Below are positions 11,401-19,216 of a stretch of DNA of 64,000 nt, one piece after another. Below the pieces are notes generated by a model, which saw only the letters and a program-made list of their open reading frames with translations, ran no database searches and was not told the DNA's origin. Positions within the stretch are counted from its first letter, which is position 1. Each line of letters opens with the position of its first letter. The stretch lies in IMG/VR virus record IMGVR_UViG_3300025000_000084, positions 7,611-71,610 of that record; one strand, written 5' to 3'. Both the position numbers and the translations under genes were made by a program. Origin of the DNA: a virus.

Positions 11401-14225
11401 TGCCGATACGCCGGTTTGAGGAAGAGGTGCTCCGCAGGGGTGGTAAGCAGGATAATAACTCCAAGCCCTACCGCGACATGAGCCTGTCATTCGGACGGCA
11501 GGAGAAGCTCTACAATGACTACTACGAGCAGAAGATGAAACCGGTCCTGGAGTCTGTGGCTGCCATCAAGCGATCAGGCATGCCCGGGGAAGAGGTGCTG
11601 CCCTATATCATTGCCAAACATGCCATGGAGCGTAACCCGATCTTCCGCGGCCGTGAGCTCAGGGAGTGGACCGATGCACAGGACGGTAATGTGTCATTGG
11701 ATGAGATTGACCAGAAGAAGGAGCAGCTCAAGGATAAGGACTACTCCGGGGTGATGGGCTTTGATACCACCGGCACATTCACCAACCCGGACCAGCTGGC
11801 CGCTGTAATAGTCAGCGAGTTTGAGGGTAAGATAGATAAGAAGCTCATCAATGACCTGTGGGATAATGTAAGGACCGCGACATCATCAATACTCGATACA
11901 TGGGAGAAAGGCAATCAGATATCCGCAGCCCAGAAGCAGGAGTACCTTGACCAGTTCCGTTACTTCGTTCCCCTTCGAGGATGGAGAGATGGGGCAGCCA
12001 AGGAGCTTGTCTATACCCGCGGAGATGGTTTCAGCGCATCGCTGCAACATGCACAGGGGAGAAAGTCACTTGCTGATAACCCGCTGGCATACCTCCTTAA
12101 TGTTGAGTTCCAGGCTATCGGTGAACAGGTGGATAATGAGGTCAAAAACTCCATGCTCAACCTGATCCTGCGCAATTTAGGCAATAACGAGATCCACGAC
12201 CTTGCTACTATCAAGAAGCTGTACTATGTGAAGATCACCCTTCCCGATGGAACCGAGGAGTGGGAGCCGACAATCATACGGCCCTCACAGGACTTGTTTG
12301 ACTCCGGTGCTGCCCGGACCAAGATATTCCGCGAGCATGAACGGTTGAGAAAACCAAGCCATGCCCGTGAGCATGAGGTGGTGGTCAGCAAGCCCGGAGG
12401 GGATATGGTCATCGTATTCAATGGCAAGCAGCTCTCAACAGCTCAGGCCATGAACCGGCAGAACTACATGTACCGGACCATCTTCGGTAACGTGTACGAT
12501 GCTCGGGACCTGAATAAGGTCATGGCGCTGATGGGACACCTCAATAATATGCTCAAGGCTCTTTACACCAGCTGGAACGTGGTATTCCCCTTTACCAACT
12601 TCATGCGTGACTTCCAGGAGGCCTCAATCACCCAGAGCATCAAATCACGGACAGGACTCAAGGTTGTCAGCGGATACCGGCAAGCATTCCCGGCAATCCT
12701 GCGTAGGATCCGCGGTAAGCAAGACCTCACCAATCCCATTGACCAGCAGCTTGAGGACTTCTATAACTACGGAGGTGCCACCGGTTACACCCACATGAAA
12801 ACACCGGATGAGATCGAAAAGGATATCAATAGCGAGATAGGACGCATGACCCGCAAGGGAACGGTAATAGGTGGAATCGGTGATGCCGGCCATACTATGC
12901 TCGAGGCAGTTGAGTCCTGGAATAAGATCTTCGAGGATGCCACCCGGTTCTCGGTCTATCTGTCATCTCTCTCCATTGGCAAGTCCAAGGAGGATGCCGC
13001 TTACGATGCAAAGGAGGCCTCGGTAAATTTCAATACTAAGGGCAAGGGATCAAAGGCATGGGACGCATGGCTCGCATTTTGGAATGTGGCCGTTCAATCC
13101 CTGCAGAAGAACTTTAAACTTGCCAAAGACTCACCCAAGCGATTTACACAGGTGGCAATGTCCTTTGTTATGCTCGGATTCTTGGAGGCTTTAATGAATG
13201 CCATGACCGATGATGATGACCCGGATAACTCATATTACAATCTCAACCCCTACATGAGGCAGAACTACCTGGTCATCCCTCTGCCAAACCTGAGAGATGG
13301 AGGCAAGGGCAACAAATATATCAGCATACCCCTGCCGCAGTTCTGGAGAGGCTTCAAGAGCGCCGGTACAATAGCCTTTGATGTGGCTACCGGTAAGATG
13401 AAGGCCAAAGAAGCCGTGGCAAGCGCCATCGGTAACTTTGCCGGAGGACTTCTGCCGGTTGATATCGGTGGTTTCTACAAGTCCGGAGAGTTCAGCTTTG
13501 CCCCGATTGTGCCGACTATCTTCAAACCGGGAGTGGAGCTGATGGAGAACCGCAATTACATGGGGTACACCATCAAGAAAGAGCCGTTCACCCGGGAGCA
13601 GGAGAAGTACCTGGCCGATGCCGGTCTTGGGAAGGATAACGTGAATCCGGGAATTAAATTTTTTACGGATTTATTATTCAGATGGGGCGGTGGGGATACT
13701 AAATATAAATATTACACAGATCGTCAGGGACGCACCCGTAAGGTATTCCTTGATATTAACCCATCGAGTGTGGAGCATCTATTCAAAGGGTATGCGGGGG
13801 GAACCGGAGGTGTATTTTCCGACTTAATCACCACTATCTCTCAAGTACTTGATCCCGGAGAAGAAGTTTCCTTCAAAAATACACCCTTCATTAACAAATT
13901 TTTGAGAGAAACGCCCGAACATAAGTGGCGAATAATTTCTGAGTACTATTCTCAAAAGGAGCAGCTGTCTAAAGAGCAGACGGTATTCAAAGAGTACATG
14001 AAGCAGGCAGAAGAAGGACAGGATTATACAAAGGCTGCCCGGATTTCAAATGATGAATACACACAAACCCTGTGGAGTGTTTTTGATAACTACGAGGATC
14101 AGATTAAGGACCTCAATAAGGATAAGACTAAAGACGATACGGAAACGACTGATTTAATTATTGAGCTCATGGACATGTGCTTACAGGATGTAGATCAGAT
14201 AAAAAGAAAGTATAATAAGAAATGA
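2490..14225 (+). CDS. Giant polyvalent virion/ejection protein (iPPase-like, PBECR-like nuclease, LPD5/LPD1/LPD23/LPD38-like and zincin domains)
   Basis: 3911 aa. ISIENPVGSVRSG...YGY...DGDQVDVF...FDEHKVMMGF (iPPase-like); HGLIHI...YWNVNSAG (PBECR-like); KIEDFGEKI (LPD5-like); GVQFGNY...AHEWFHAVD (LPD1 region); TGWQRGADGLWRYE (LPD23-like); HELQH...GEVEARNVQ; HEAIAH; LPD38-like C-terminus. Confidence 0.85.
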   Translation: MTEGNKPKKVLSTDDLLKRYNAQTPAKPVNAGKGLDPWGSELVDIDQLLGVAPQSRPVGEFKKTALPQSDEDLFQAWMAGEQDNDEYDYRGFYQSERAGGSLKPTINDYVKEDPNYHFYSIGVDGKVLKSPKHKTFDKTIAAEKALGNELYTDENGDLRTRKAQPPQGEQDDWINANREEWEAEWADKNIFEKIGTGIERGGKQLKGGMQKFGAEIMPKIGAIGERMSGGAYTADDIIDAMTPMRQKGEQKLDEAGAIQGKGLAFEFGTFIPQMAGTFAALAAAPFSGGTSASAIPGILGTANIGALTSSVVGSTLYEVEKYSEETGKEISEAKKWSVALLAGTAEFAAEKIRLDRFLPKGMTSKILTRTMKESPEVAESMMQQWAKARPAMYQKLLQLGKTTFRNSKEEGIEELWTQIAQDYANYLYQDPEDRMGFQQIMLNALNAAKGGAMMGGFIGPASYGSSQLTTNMMRKRKGGVSLVQTSDGKVYEALGQSKDGEIYVQNAVGKQSTISKKNVKDQVTLTNEQMKEYLDAYDQGSAALPELEARIANDPETQIRELGKKYTFLGYSEQEPQTNSIRFGELRDGRMVILTSVNEAENEDQMVYTAKDAENPEAAPFMVKGNDVINRKSVSYEEWVANELAQYQATKQQMDAMVTKAQAPVQEGETIPIGERLFNVTEVTDQGITLNEIDKDGNLTATTEVITPDKYGEVFGMPEDQGGQEGGQAGGQVEVAAQPAAEGGIQTDENQPQTGPVAATDQGIQTPQAQPEAIKSRKISDGSTEFTIMPEEDGSFRMQEVFDTQKKAESTLKKLTERYPKLTWEMQMVDSGDPFTPDEYVIKAAVKQAKKEAPAAPAEAPAPVAAPTIAETAQVEVEIEQKPTESEQKSEVVAQETPVEVQAEAPAQEEVEAQPAETVEVTPEEKAQTDLMRANREANTRPTEAQKEAGNYKKGHMKFAGFDISIENPVGSVRSGTDPSGKKWSMLLNNSYGYFRRTKAKDGDQVDVFLGDNLAAPDVYIVDQVNPETGTFDEHKVMMGFNSAEDARDNYLANYEPGWKGMGSISKMSLEGFKKWLGSGTRTRKPVDSNVPVKAKEEPKEAEYPNPEIPLEETLPNGRVVYNQEGDNDLQVVDTYKRVDAFRKKHNTIALWQAKTGDVVQDIFTGEVFTLSKKASGGISKLISDDGVEKNINNSDPLFIKIEKPTKQPKAKKAPEPAEDTRPVKQLTKKKGWPMSKVDIARLSREPQSFEEAVYQFFINRGRISTARLKHHLGTRSRSDYASFIWAHKKDGQMTDKLNEAHIFQSHPELLTQVGDQQDQERAFFDILLSVTGLNDMRTRIDEMQSKADHATEDMPPPPDEDAETAALDTGQVITEEILPLVEGDPDILRIFEVEINELGKTLEDLKALAASDPNYFQTFPYGLNEKQFNELKSILNDTERQKQISGLADQVGNIESRSQGNDTLPGVPVTESRDDGEGREEGVQPTASAEPAEVAKAPEFAGEQFNIPEETPEPKTQSEFAGDFIKKLPGDFLKASDGSIDFGYIKPETGLKEAPIRLTVGNDSHGLIHIDNQHGEQIKKAGYRTIQDFVEEVAKNYSVIRSGSTYNNKPTYLLELTDDKNRTLIVEMSKNGEYWNVNSAGIFRKEYSKNKEVVWSLPALGIKQSVTTDEVAYPSDGKSGADKVSGNSPQITSSEAKDTKKIDESQESQEKKTAEFAGEIFDKPEETAEIIKLREENTAANEIIEKRIQRLRAERDAKEESLQKRNELFGDRKEEEEKAEGMQPMFAGDIFKPTSENLQTALKPFNDGIKKAEEEIARNNQILDEKIALVLSGAQMTIDMEAPAEPGEKAETPKEDEPDALKLEMVESVKPSGKIEDFGEKISGAKKEIRGQIKKHLDTTNEDILNNSISKTLPPIDYKQLIDSGAATREEAAFLQYFRHEIGPKPKSTYKQQRWLRGVNAYKDVLRWITDKETFKAEHKGMTFMELMNDNMNDYAVQQMKEQVSLLLDLGFPEITSLKGYELRHFEARKTLNKDRQLVDMPAVFAITKGNMIVHKFDTREEAIAGLKYILTTDSEAPQKVKFDMWRERNKPGIFIGKKLAAGKFITLAQGFDKVSEASAYVKNHQEELERLLEEKKVIPYERPEERGPRVGKDYRGGDNITPEVFSETFGFRGVQFGNYVEQLRRQEDLNEAYDALVDLADVIGVPPRALSLSGQLGVAFGARGSGGKNAAAAHYEPHEIVINLTKGNGPGSFAHEWFHAVDSYFSRARGRKMEFITDRPRPLIKQDGSTDESIRPEVLEAFDGLVKAINQSKLPLRSRELDKRRSKDYWSTTIEMGARSFESYVRTRMADKETKNDYLVAFRDMVDYIVAAGGAEDAYPYPTEAELGPIGEAFDKLFQTISTKEEDGRTVMFRVIGERGATLNDVLIDNLATAKKMEPDHSPRAVFLATGWQRGADGLWRYETRDIELKKDIDFIGELKPQNEAFTEEIPLTEIVDDEELFNSYPQLKNVKLTFYNYGSYPELTNTGAFANFTQKIIAIGTKDMANVHKSQSTLLSRNSRSNTNDEAVDLFVYDRDSLRSVLSHELQHYIQRIEGFGEGGTLPGRGSVGQGDSKYQYSRLVGEVEARNVQRRLGSTPEVRRQTMLSETEDVARDQQIIIRNKYDNQENRGIVPKTPQPTGWNALSDLLEEDDRLDREAEVKTRINQLAKSLNTDVVIVQNRAALPTSLQGAAKRVGLWDFSTLYGIWDPNTDTMYVMMDDLMKSGPQNAIIEATKTVLHEAIAHKGLPAMLGTEEYIKLLDDIYDSIPKADRTTLENDYNTEDKRTIAHEYLGMMAEDNVNPNLFQRILAKIRELIRKFYKVDYTANDIHSLLRQSRKNLERGPEGQSGYYRSRPVAMDFEYAGEFMEASQASLRARKAAAANEPQFAGQYFGSPLETAAKAYAEKKAERTGKEVVQGIREYIQDMSLPIRRFEEEVLRRGGKQDNNSKPYRDMSLSFGRQEKLYNDYYEQKMKPVLESVAAIKRSGMPGEEVLPYIIAKHAMERNPIFRGRELREWTDAQDGNVSLDEIDQKKEQLKDKDYSGVMGFDTTGTFTNPDQLAAVIVSEFEGKIDKKLINDLWDNVRTATSSILDTWEKGNQISAAQKQEYLDQFRYFVPLRGWRDGAAKELVYTRGDGFSASLQHAQGRKSLADNPLAYLLNVEFQAIGEQVDNEVKNSMLNLILRNLGNNEIHDLATIKKLYYVKITLPDGTEEWEPTIIRPSQDLFDSGAARTKIFREHERLRKPSHAREHEVVVSKPGGDMVIVFNGKQLSTAQAMNRQNYMYRTIFGNVYDARDLNKVMALMGHLNNMLKALYTSWNVVFPFTNFMRDFQEASITQSIKSRTGLKVVSGYRQAFPAILRRIRGKQDLTNPIDQQLEDFYNYGGATGYTHMKTPDEIEKDINSEIGRMTRKGTVIGGIGDAGHTMLEAVESWNKIFEDATRFSVYLSSLSIGKSKEDAAYDAKEASVNFNTKGKGSKAWDAWLAFWNVAVQSLQKNFKLAKDSPKRFTQVAMSFVMLGFLEALMNAMTDDDDPDNSYYNLNPYMRQNYLVIPLPNLRDGGKGNKYISIPLPQFWRGFKSAGTIAFDVATGKMKAKEAVASAIGNFAGGLLPVDIGGFYKSGEFSFAPIVPTIFKPGVELMENRNYMGYTIKKEPFTREQEKYLADAGLGKDNVNPGIKFFTDLLFRWGGGDTKYKYYTDRQGRTRKVFLDINPSSVEHLFKGYAGGTGGVFSDLITTISQVLDPGEEVSFKNTPFINKFLRETPEHKWRIISEYYSQKEQLSKEQTVFKEYMKQAEEGQDYTKAARISNDEYTQTLWSVFDNYEDQIKDLNKDKTKDDTETTDLIIELMDMCLQDVDQIKRKYNKK

Positions 14226-14905
14226 ACTCGCCGGGAATATATAAGATTCAATCAAAGATAAAACCCGAAAGGATTTATGTGGGTTCTGCTGTGAACGTAA
14301 AGCATAGGTGGGTAAGCCATTTAAGTGACCTAAGACTGAATAAACATGGGAATAGCAGGCTCCAAAATCATTTTAATAAGTATGGGGCATCAGATCTGGT
14401 ATTTATTTTATTAGAGTCATGTACGCGTGAAAATTTACTTATCAGAGAACAGGTTTATATTGATGAATTATATCCGTGGTTTAATATCTGCAAATTTGCC
14501 ACAAGTCGAAAAGGAGTAATACACTCATTAGAGACTCGTGAAAAATCAAGAATTGGGCACTTGGGGCAAGTACCTTGGAATAAAGGGAAAACGGAAATAT
14601 ACTCCGAAGAGACCAGACAAAATATAAGCGAAAGTGTATCTAAATCTTTAATAGGGAACAATAGGGCTGTTGGCCATATGCCGTGGAATAAGGATAAGAA
14701 AACCGGAATTAAGCCTCCAAATGCCTTTAAACCAGGCGAGCCTTCATGGAATAAAGATATTCCACACTCGGATCAACACAAAGATAATTTAAGTAAGGCT
14801 TGGGAAAGAAGAAGGCTAACCCCCATGTCAGAAGAAACGCGCAATAAAATCAGCGAGGCAGTGAAACAATTTTGGGCTAATAAGAAACAGGATAAAGCAG
14901 CATAA
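14222..14905 (+). CDS. Free-standing GIY-YIG homing endonuclease
   Basis: GIYKI...IYVGSAVN, NUMOD3-like PWNK repeats, ATGA overlap with the giant gene. Confidence 0.9.
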   Translation: MNSPGIYKIQSKIKPERIYVGSAVNVKHRWVSHLSDLRLNKHGNSRLQNHFNKYGASDLVFILLESCTRENLLIREQVYIDELYPWFNICKFATSRKGVIHSLETREKSRIGHLGQVPWNKGKTEIYSEETRQNISESVSKSLIGNNRAVGHMPWNKDKKTGIKPPNAFKPGEPSWNKDIPHSDQHKDNLSKAWERRRLTPMSEETRNKISEAVKQFWANKKQDKAA

Positions 14906-14906
14906 C

Positions 14907-16904
14907 ATGAAACTTATAGAATCTAAAGAACAATTGCTCGGGAAAACTAATACCCGCTTGGGTATGCGAAAGCAAAAGACCGTACCGCTGCCAACGGCTG
15001 TTATGGACCGGGATGTGCGCGAAAACATGGATCTGCTTGAGGAGTCCCGGAGGATGTGGGAGTCTATGGCTGACTTCCGGACACGCAGACTGCGAAACAG
15101 GCAGTATTACAGAGGAAATCAGTGGTCCGACATGATGACCGATCCGGATTCAGGCGAAACTATAACCGAGGAAACCTATCTTATGAACCAGGGTAAGGTG
15201 CCGCTAAAGCAGAACCGTATCCGGTCCCTGGTAGAAAACCTCATCGGGCAGTACCGCAGCAATCCTTCCAAGGCCGTTGTCATCGCCCGGGGAAGGGAGA
15301 ATGCACAGGCAGCCGAGATGCTCTCTAATGCCCTGCAATGCGCTCTGGAGAACAACGAGATCAAGGATCTTGATGCAAGGCTCTTCGAGGAATTTGCCCT
15401 TTCGGGTGCAGCCGTGCAGAAGGTAGGATACAAGTATTGGAAGGAGCGCAACCTTGAGGACCTGTTCCTTGAGAATACCAACGTCAACCGTCTGATAGTT
15501 AACACCGATCTCTCGGATATACGCCTTTTTGATCTCCGGCTCATTGGTGAGATCATTGACACAACCGTTGAAAACATCGTCAGCACCTTTGCCAAGAATA
15601 CGGCCGAAGAGAAACTTATCCGCGAGCTCTATGCTCATGCCAGTAACCCGGCCTTCTATTCAGACTACGGCCTTGATGCTACACGGATAGACTCACTTGA
15701 CTTTTACATACCCCGCGAACCCAATGCGGCTCGCCTGTACGAAATATGGAAGCTCCGCGGTGAGTGGAGGGTTTATGCACATGACCCGCTTGACGGCACT
15801 AACAACATTGTGCCCTATACCCTTAAACAGATTGCCGCACAGAACCAGGAGCGATTGCGCCTTGGTGCCGAGGAGGGGATCCCCGATGAAGAGATACCGC
15901 TGATTGAGGCAGAGGAAACGTATGAGCAGTTCTGGTATGTTAAGTTCTTAACACCTCACGGACACTGCCTGTTTGAGGGAGAGACCCCGTACAAGCATGA
16001 GGAACACCCCTACTCACTCATCCTCTTCCCGTTGCTTGATGGCGAGGTCTGGGGCTTCATTGAGGACATCATAGACCAGCAGAGGTATATCAACCGCATG
16101 ATTATCCTGCTTGACTTCATCATAGGAGCCTCGGCCAAGGGTGTGCTCATGGTGCCCGAAGGAATGGTGCCGGATAGCATGACCCCGGAGGAGTTCAGCG
16201 AACAGTACCGCAAGTTCAACGGAGTGATCTTTTATAAGCCCCGAGCTGACGGGCAGATGCCGAAACAGATCAGCGCCAACTCATCTCAGGTGGGTATCTT
16301 CGAGATGCTGAACCTACAGATGACCTTGTTAGAGAAAAACTCCGGTATCAATGAGTCAATACAAGGACAGAGAGCGCCATCAGGCACCCCGGCAGCCCTG
16401 TACGCACAGGAGGCACAGAACGCCACTATAAATGTACTGGACCAGATACAGAGCTTCCAGGGTCTTGTGCAGAAGCGTAACCGCAAATCACTGAAGGTCA
16501 TCACTCAGTTCTATAAGGATAAGAGGTACCTGGCTATCAACGGCCGGGCTATATCGGACGAGGCGAAGATGTACGATCCGGATCTGGTCAAGAAGCTGGA
16601 CTTCGAGGTCGTTGTCACCCAGGGAACCGACACACCGGTTTACCGTCAGGTGGTGGATGACATGCTTTTTGAACTGCTTAAAGGCAATCTCATCTCACTG
16701 GAGATGTATCTTGAACAGACCTCCATGCCGTTCGCAGACAAGCTGCTTGCGACAGTGAGATCTCAGAGAGAGGCGATGGAACAGGGAGGTGTTATGCCAG
16801 GTGGAGCAGGAATCCCTCCGGAGATGGCAGCACAGGCACAACAGGCTAACCCGCAGTCAATGGCTATGCTTCAGCAAGCCCTTGCCGGCGGCAGGCCGAG
16901 ATAA
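14907..16904 (+). CDS. Portal protein (podovirus-type)
   Basis: 665 aa. YYRGNQW, NRIRSLVENLIG, IIDQQRYIN, SGINESIQG motifs and a Q/A/M-rich tail typical of P22-like portals. Confidence 0.85.
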   Translation: MKLIESKEQLLGKTNTRLGMRKQKTVPLPTAVMDRDVRENMDLLEESRRMWESMADFRTRRLRNRQYYRGNQWSDMMTDPDSGETITEETYLMNQGKVPLKQNRIRSLVENLIGQYRSNPSKAVVIARGRENAQAAEMLSNALQCALENNEIKDLDARLFEEFALSGAAVQKVGYKYWKERNLEDLFLENTNVNRLIVNTDLSDIRLFDLRLIGEIIDTTVENIVSTFAKNTAEEKLIRELYAHASNPAFYSDYGLDATRIDSLDFYIPREPNAARLYEIWKLRGEWRVYAHDPLDGTNNIVPYTLKQIAAQNQERLRLGAEEGIPDEEIPLIEAEETYEQFWYVKFLTPHGHCLFEGETPYKHEEHPYSLILFPLLDGEVWGFIEDIIDQQRYINRMIILLDFIIGASAKGVLMVPEGMVPDSMTPEEFSEQYRKFNGVIFYKPRADGQMPKQISANSSQVGIFEMLNLQMTLLEKNSGINESIQGQRAPSGTPAALYAQEAQNATINVLDQIQSFQGLVQKRNRKSLKVITQFYKDKRYLAINGRAISDEAKMYDPDLVKKLDFEVVVTQGTDTPVYRQVVDDMLFELLKGNLISLEMYLEQTSMPFADKLLATVRSQREAMEQGGVMPGGAGIPPEMAAQAQQANPQSMAMLQQALAGGRPR

Positions 16905-16943
16905 GATAAGAGGTTTTTTTTCATAGGTTAGGTTTAGGGGTTG

Positions 16944-16978
16944 GAGCTCCCTGTGCGAAAGTTCGGGGAGTTCTTTTT
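16944..16978 (+). terminator. Intrinsic terminator after the portal gene
   Basis: GAGCTCCC...GGGAGTTC stem followed by TTTTT. Confidence 0.6.
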
Positions 16979-17183
16979 AGTATCTTCCAGAGGGTTTATG
17001 GATGTTGTACAAAAAATATCCCTCACCGGTAACCTTCCCTGTCCATTTATCAAGAACGCAATTACTTTCTATCACAGCATAGCGATTAGAGAGTGCATTC
17101 AGGAAGAGGCAGCCACAGATTAATGTGACTGCGACAATAGCCGAGATAATAAAAGTTGATTTTCTTGTCATTTCATACTGCAT
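16977..17183 (-). CDS. Small membrane protein (moron-like)
   Basis: 68 aa with an N-terminal TM helix, AT-rich, opposite to flanking genes. Confidence 0.55.
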   Translation of the reverse strand: MQYEMTRKSTFIISAIVAVTLICGCLFLNALSNRYAVIESNCVLDKWTGKVTGEGYFLYNIHKPSGRY

Positions 17184-17271
17184 TTATGACGTAAAATTAA
17201 TAATATTTACTACCTTCGTGTTGTGTTAATAAAATATTCATTAACAGAGTGCAAGATATAAAAAATTATAT

Positions 17272-17279
17272 TATGTTTG
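17272..17279 (+). promoter_or_regulatory. Bacteroidetes -7 promoter element of the antirepressor unit
   Basis: TATGTTTG matches TAnnTTTG and directly precedes the structured leader. Confidence 0.65.
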
Positions 17280-17281
17280 TG

Positions 17282-17453
17282 ATGCGTGAATTATCCAATA
17301 CAGATGAGGCAAAACATCACAAGCAGACTGAAACAAAGCCAAAGGGAAGGCGAACCGGCGAAAGTCCGGCAGTCCGATTCGTGCCTCGCATGGATGGTTC
17401 ACGCAGCGACCTTCCCCCTTTGTTTAACTAAAATCAAATCATTATGCGTGAAC
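17282..17453 (+). ncRNA. C4-like antisense/structured leader RNA upstream of the antirepressor
   Basis: AAAGGGAAGG/CCTTCCCCCTTT closing stem, CCGG-CGAAAGT-CCGG hairpin, and TGGATGGTTCACGCA complementary to 17283-17297 and to the start-codon region 17445-17454. Confidence 0.65.
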
Positions 17454-18232
17454 CGATGGATGAGAACGCTACGGGCGTTCAGATTTTCAACAATCCTCAG
17501 TTTGGTGAGGTAAGAATCAACAATGAAAACGGGAAGCCTCTTTTTATGGCTTCAGACATTGCCAGGGCTCTGGGCTATTCCAATCCCTTAAAAGCAATTC
17601 GCGACCACTGCAAAGGGGTGAACGAAATAGACACCCCCACACAGGGAGGCGTTCAGAAGGTGAAATTCATTTCAGAGGCAGATGTTTACCGCCTTGTCAT
17701 GCGCTCGAAACTACCCGATGCCGAGAAGTTTCAGGATTGGGTAGTCGAAGAAGTCCTTCCGTCTATTCGTCGTGATGGTGGCTATATTGCAGCCGCACCG
17801 GAGGAAACCCCGGAGGAGATTATGGCAAGGGCGCTCATTGTTGCTCAGAAGACCATCGAGGCCAACAAACAGAGGCTTCAGATGCTTCAGGGAGAGAACG
17901 AGGTACTGGTGGAGGAACGCAAAGCCCTCAAGCCGAGTGCCGACTACACCAATGAGGTACTTCAGTCAACGAGTACTTTCACTCTTACCCAGGTAGCACA
18001 TGATCTTGGATTCAGGAGTGTATATGCCTTCACCGACTGGTGTAGGAACAGAAGTATTCTTTACCGTCAGAGCGATCAATGGCAGCCGACAGCATTGGTG
18101 GCAGGCAAGGGGTATTTCACCACCCGCACCTCGAGGTACGTTAAAAACGACAACACGATAGGCACCAGCATATCAACAGTTGTCACCGAAAGAGGACGTA
18201 TGTATCTTCACGGATTACGGAGGGCAGCGTGA
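17444..18232 (+). CDS. Phage antirepressor (BRO-N plus KilA-C/ANT domain)
   Basis: FNNPQFGEVR...FMASDIARALGY...ISEADVYRLVMRSKLPDAEKFQDWVVEEVLPSIR and a C-terminal TVVTERGR. Confidence 0.92.
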   Translation: MREPMDENATGVQIFNNPQFGEVRINNENGKPLFMASDIARALGYSNPLKAIRDHCKGVNEIDTPTQGGVQKVKFISEADVYRLVMRSKLPDAEKFQDWVVEEVLPSIRRDGGYIAAAPEETPEEIMARALIVAQKTIEANKQRLQMLQGENEVLVEERKALKPSADYTNEVLQSTSTFTLTQVAHDLGFRSVYAFTDWCRNRSILYRQSDQWQPTALVAGKGYFTTRTSRYVKNDNTIGTSISTVVTERGRMYLHGLRRAA

Positions 18233-18468
18233 TGGGTGAAGTTATAAGTATTCCCGCTATCACAGCCGAAGAGCTTGTGAAAGATGTGATCCTATCCGAT
18301 GAGCTGCCAACGATGAGACAGCATCTCAGAGAGATGGCCGATGCCTTTCTTCTCACAGACGAGGTGGGCGAATACAGGCATAAAGTGTACTGCACTTACA
18401 TGAATCTGGATCACTTCCTTGCCGGAGCAGAAAGACTGGCAAAGTTTCAGGAACGAAAAGCGTCCTGA
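18229..18468 (+). CDS. Hypothetical protein
   Basis: Overlaps the antirepressor stop and is followed by a terminator. Confidence 0.6.
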   Translation: MMGEVISIPAITAEELVKDVILSDELPTMRQHLREMADAFLLTDEVGEYRHKVYCTYMNLDHFLAGAERLAKFQERKAS

Positions 18469-18485
18469 AAATATACAAAAGAATG

Positions 18486-18513
18486 AAAGCCCCTTTTGCG
18501 AGGGGCTTTTTTT
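18486..18513 (+). terminator. Intrinsic terminator
   Basis: AAAGCCCCT-TTTGCG-AGGGGCTTT plus T tract. Confidence 0.85.
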
Positions 18514-18575
18514 ATCGGAGTAAAACACCGCCATTATACGGAATGGCATGATACAAGATGTATCATACAAAATGT

Positions 18576-18983
18576 TTATTGCTTCCCGTAAACTGTTTCT
18601 GAGTAGTCAACCCCCTGGCTGAGCCAGCTGACGATAACACCATCCTTGAATATCAGCTTGACGTATGAGGTGTAGGTGCGGGAGGTGGCCCCTCCTCCGT
18701 AAGTACTTGTGTTTGCCCTGCCGCTGACATTGTAAACCCCGGGAGTGACAGTGGCCGTTGTCGTGGATCTCGAAGGCCGGACGCTTGTGACGGTCTTTTG
18801 CCCCCGGTCATAGAGCCATTGTTCATACTCTCCTTCCACCGCTTTCTCATCCGGCATGCCGAAGTTGGTAATGACGAAATCCTTTGTCTTACCGAGAAAC
18901 ACCTGATCCATGACCTGATCATGGGTGTAGTAGGTGACGGCACAGGAAGAGAGAGTGAGTAAGATCAGCAGGATAAGAGTCAT
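18576..18983 (-). CDS. Lipoprotein, SmpA/BamE-like fold, possible superinfection exclusion (ORF open upstream to 19178)
   Basis: MTLILLILLTLSSC lipobox; LGKTKDFVITNFGMPD...EQWLY...LIFKDGVIVSW pattern; GGAGG before the ATG. Confidence 0.65.
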   Translation of the reverse strand: MTLILLILLTLSSCAVTYYTHDQVMDQVFLGKTKDFVITNFGMPDEKAVEGEYEQWLYDRGQKTVTSVRPSRSTTTATVTPGVYNVSGRANTSTYGGGATSRTYTSYVKLIFKDGVIVSWLSQGVDYSETVYGKQ

Positions 18984-19199
18984 GGGCTTGCCTCCGATGA
19001 TTACATGGTCCGGAGAGGTCTGCGATTTATCACAGGCGCTTATCACAGTAAACCCTTTATCTGACACATGTGTACCGGGGCCGATCCAATGAAAGCTCAC
19101 TATCTCACCTTTCTTTGCTTTGGCAATTCCTTTCTTTACCCTGGCAATAAACTCGTCTGCTGTCTCCTGTTTATTCATGGTGTTTGATTAAATACTAAT

Positions 19200-19207
19200 C
19201 AAAGGTA
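19200..19207 (-). promoter_or_regulatory. Bacteroidetes -7 element upstream of the lipoprotein ORF
   Basis: TACCTTTG on the minus strand. Confidence 0.5.
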
Positions 19208-19216
19208 CGAGAAATT

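Noticed and set aside
17249-17513. ORFs 17249..17431 and 17286..17513
   Set aside because: They overlap the promoter and structured leader and are better explained as RNA structure, although a short leader peptide is not excluded.
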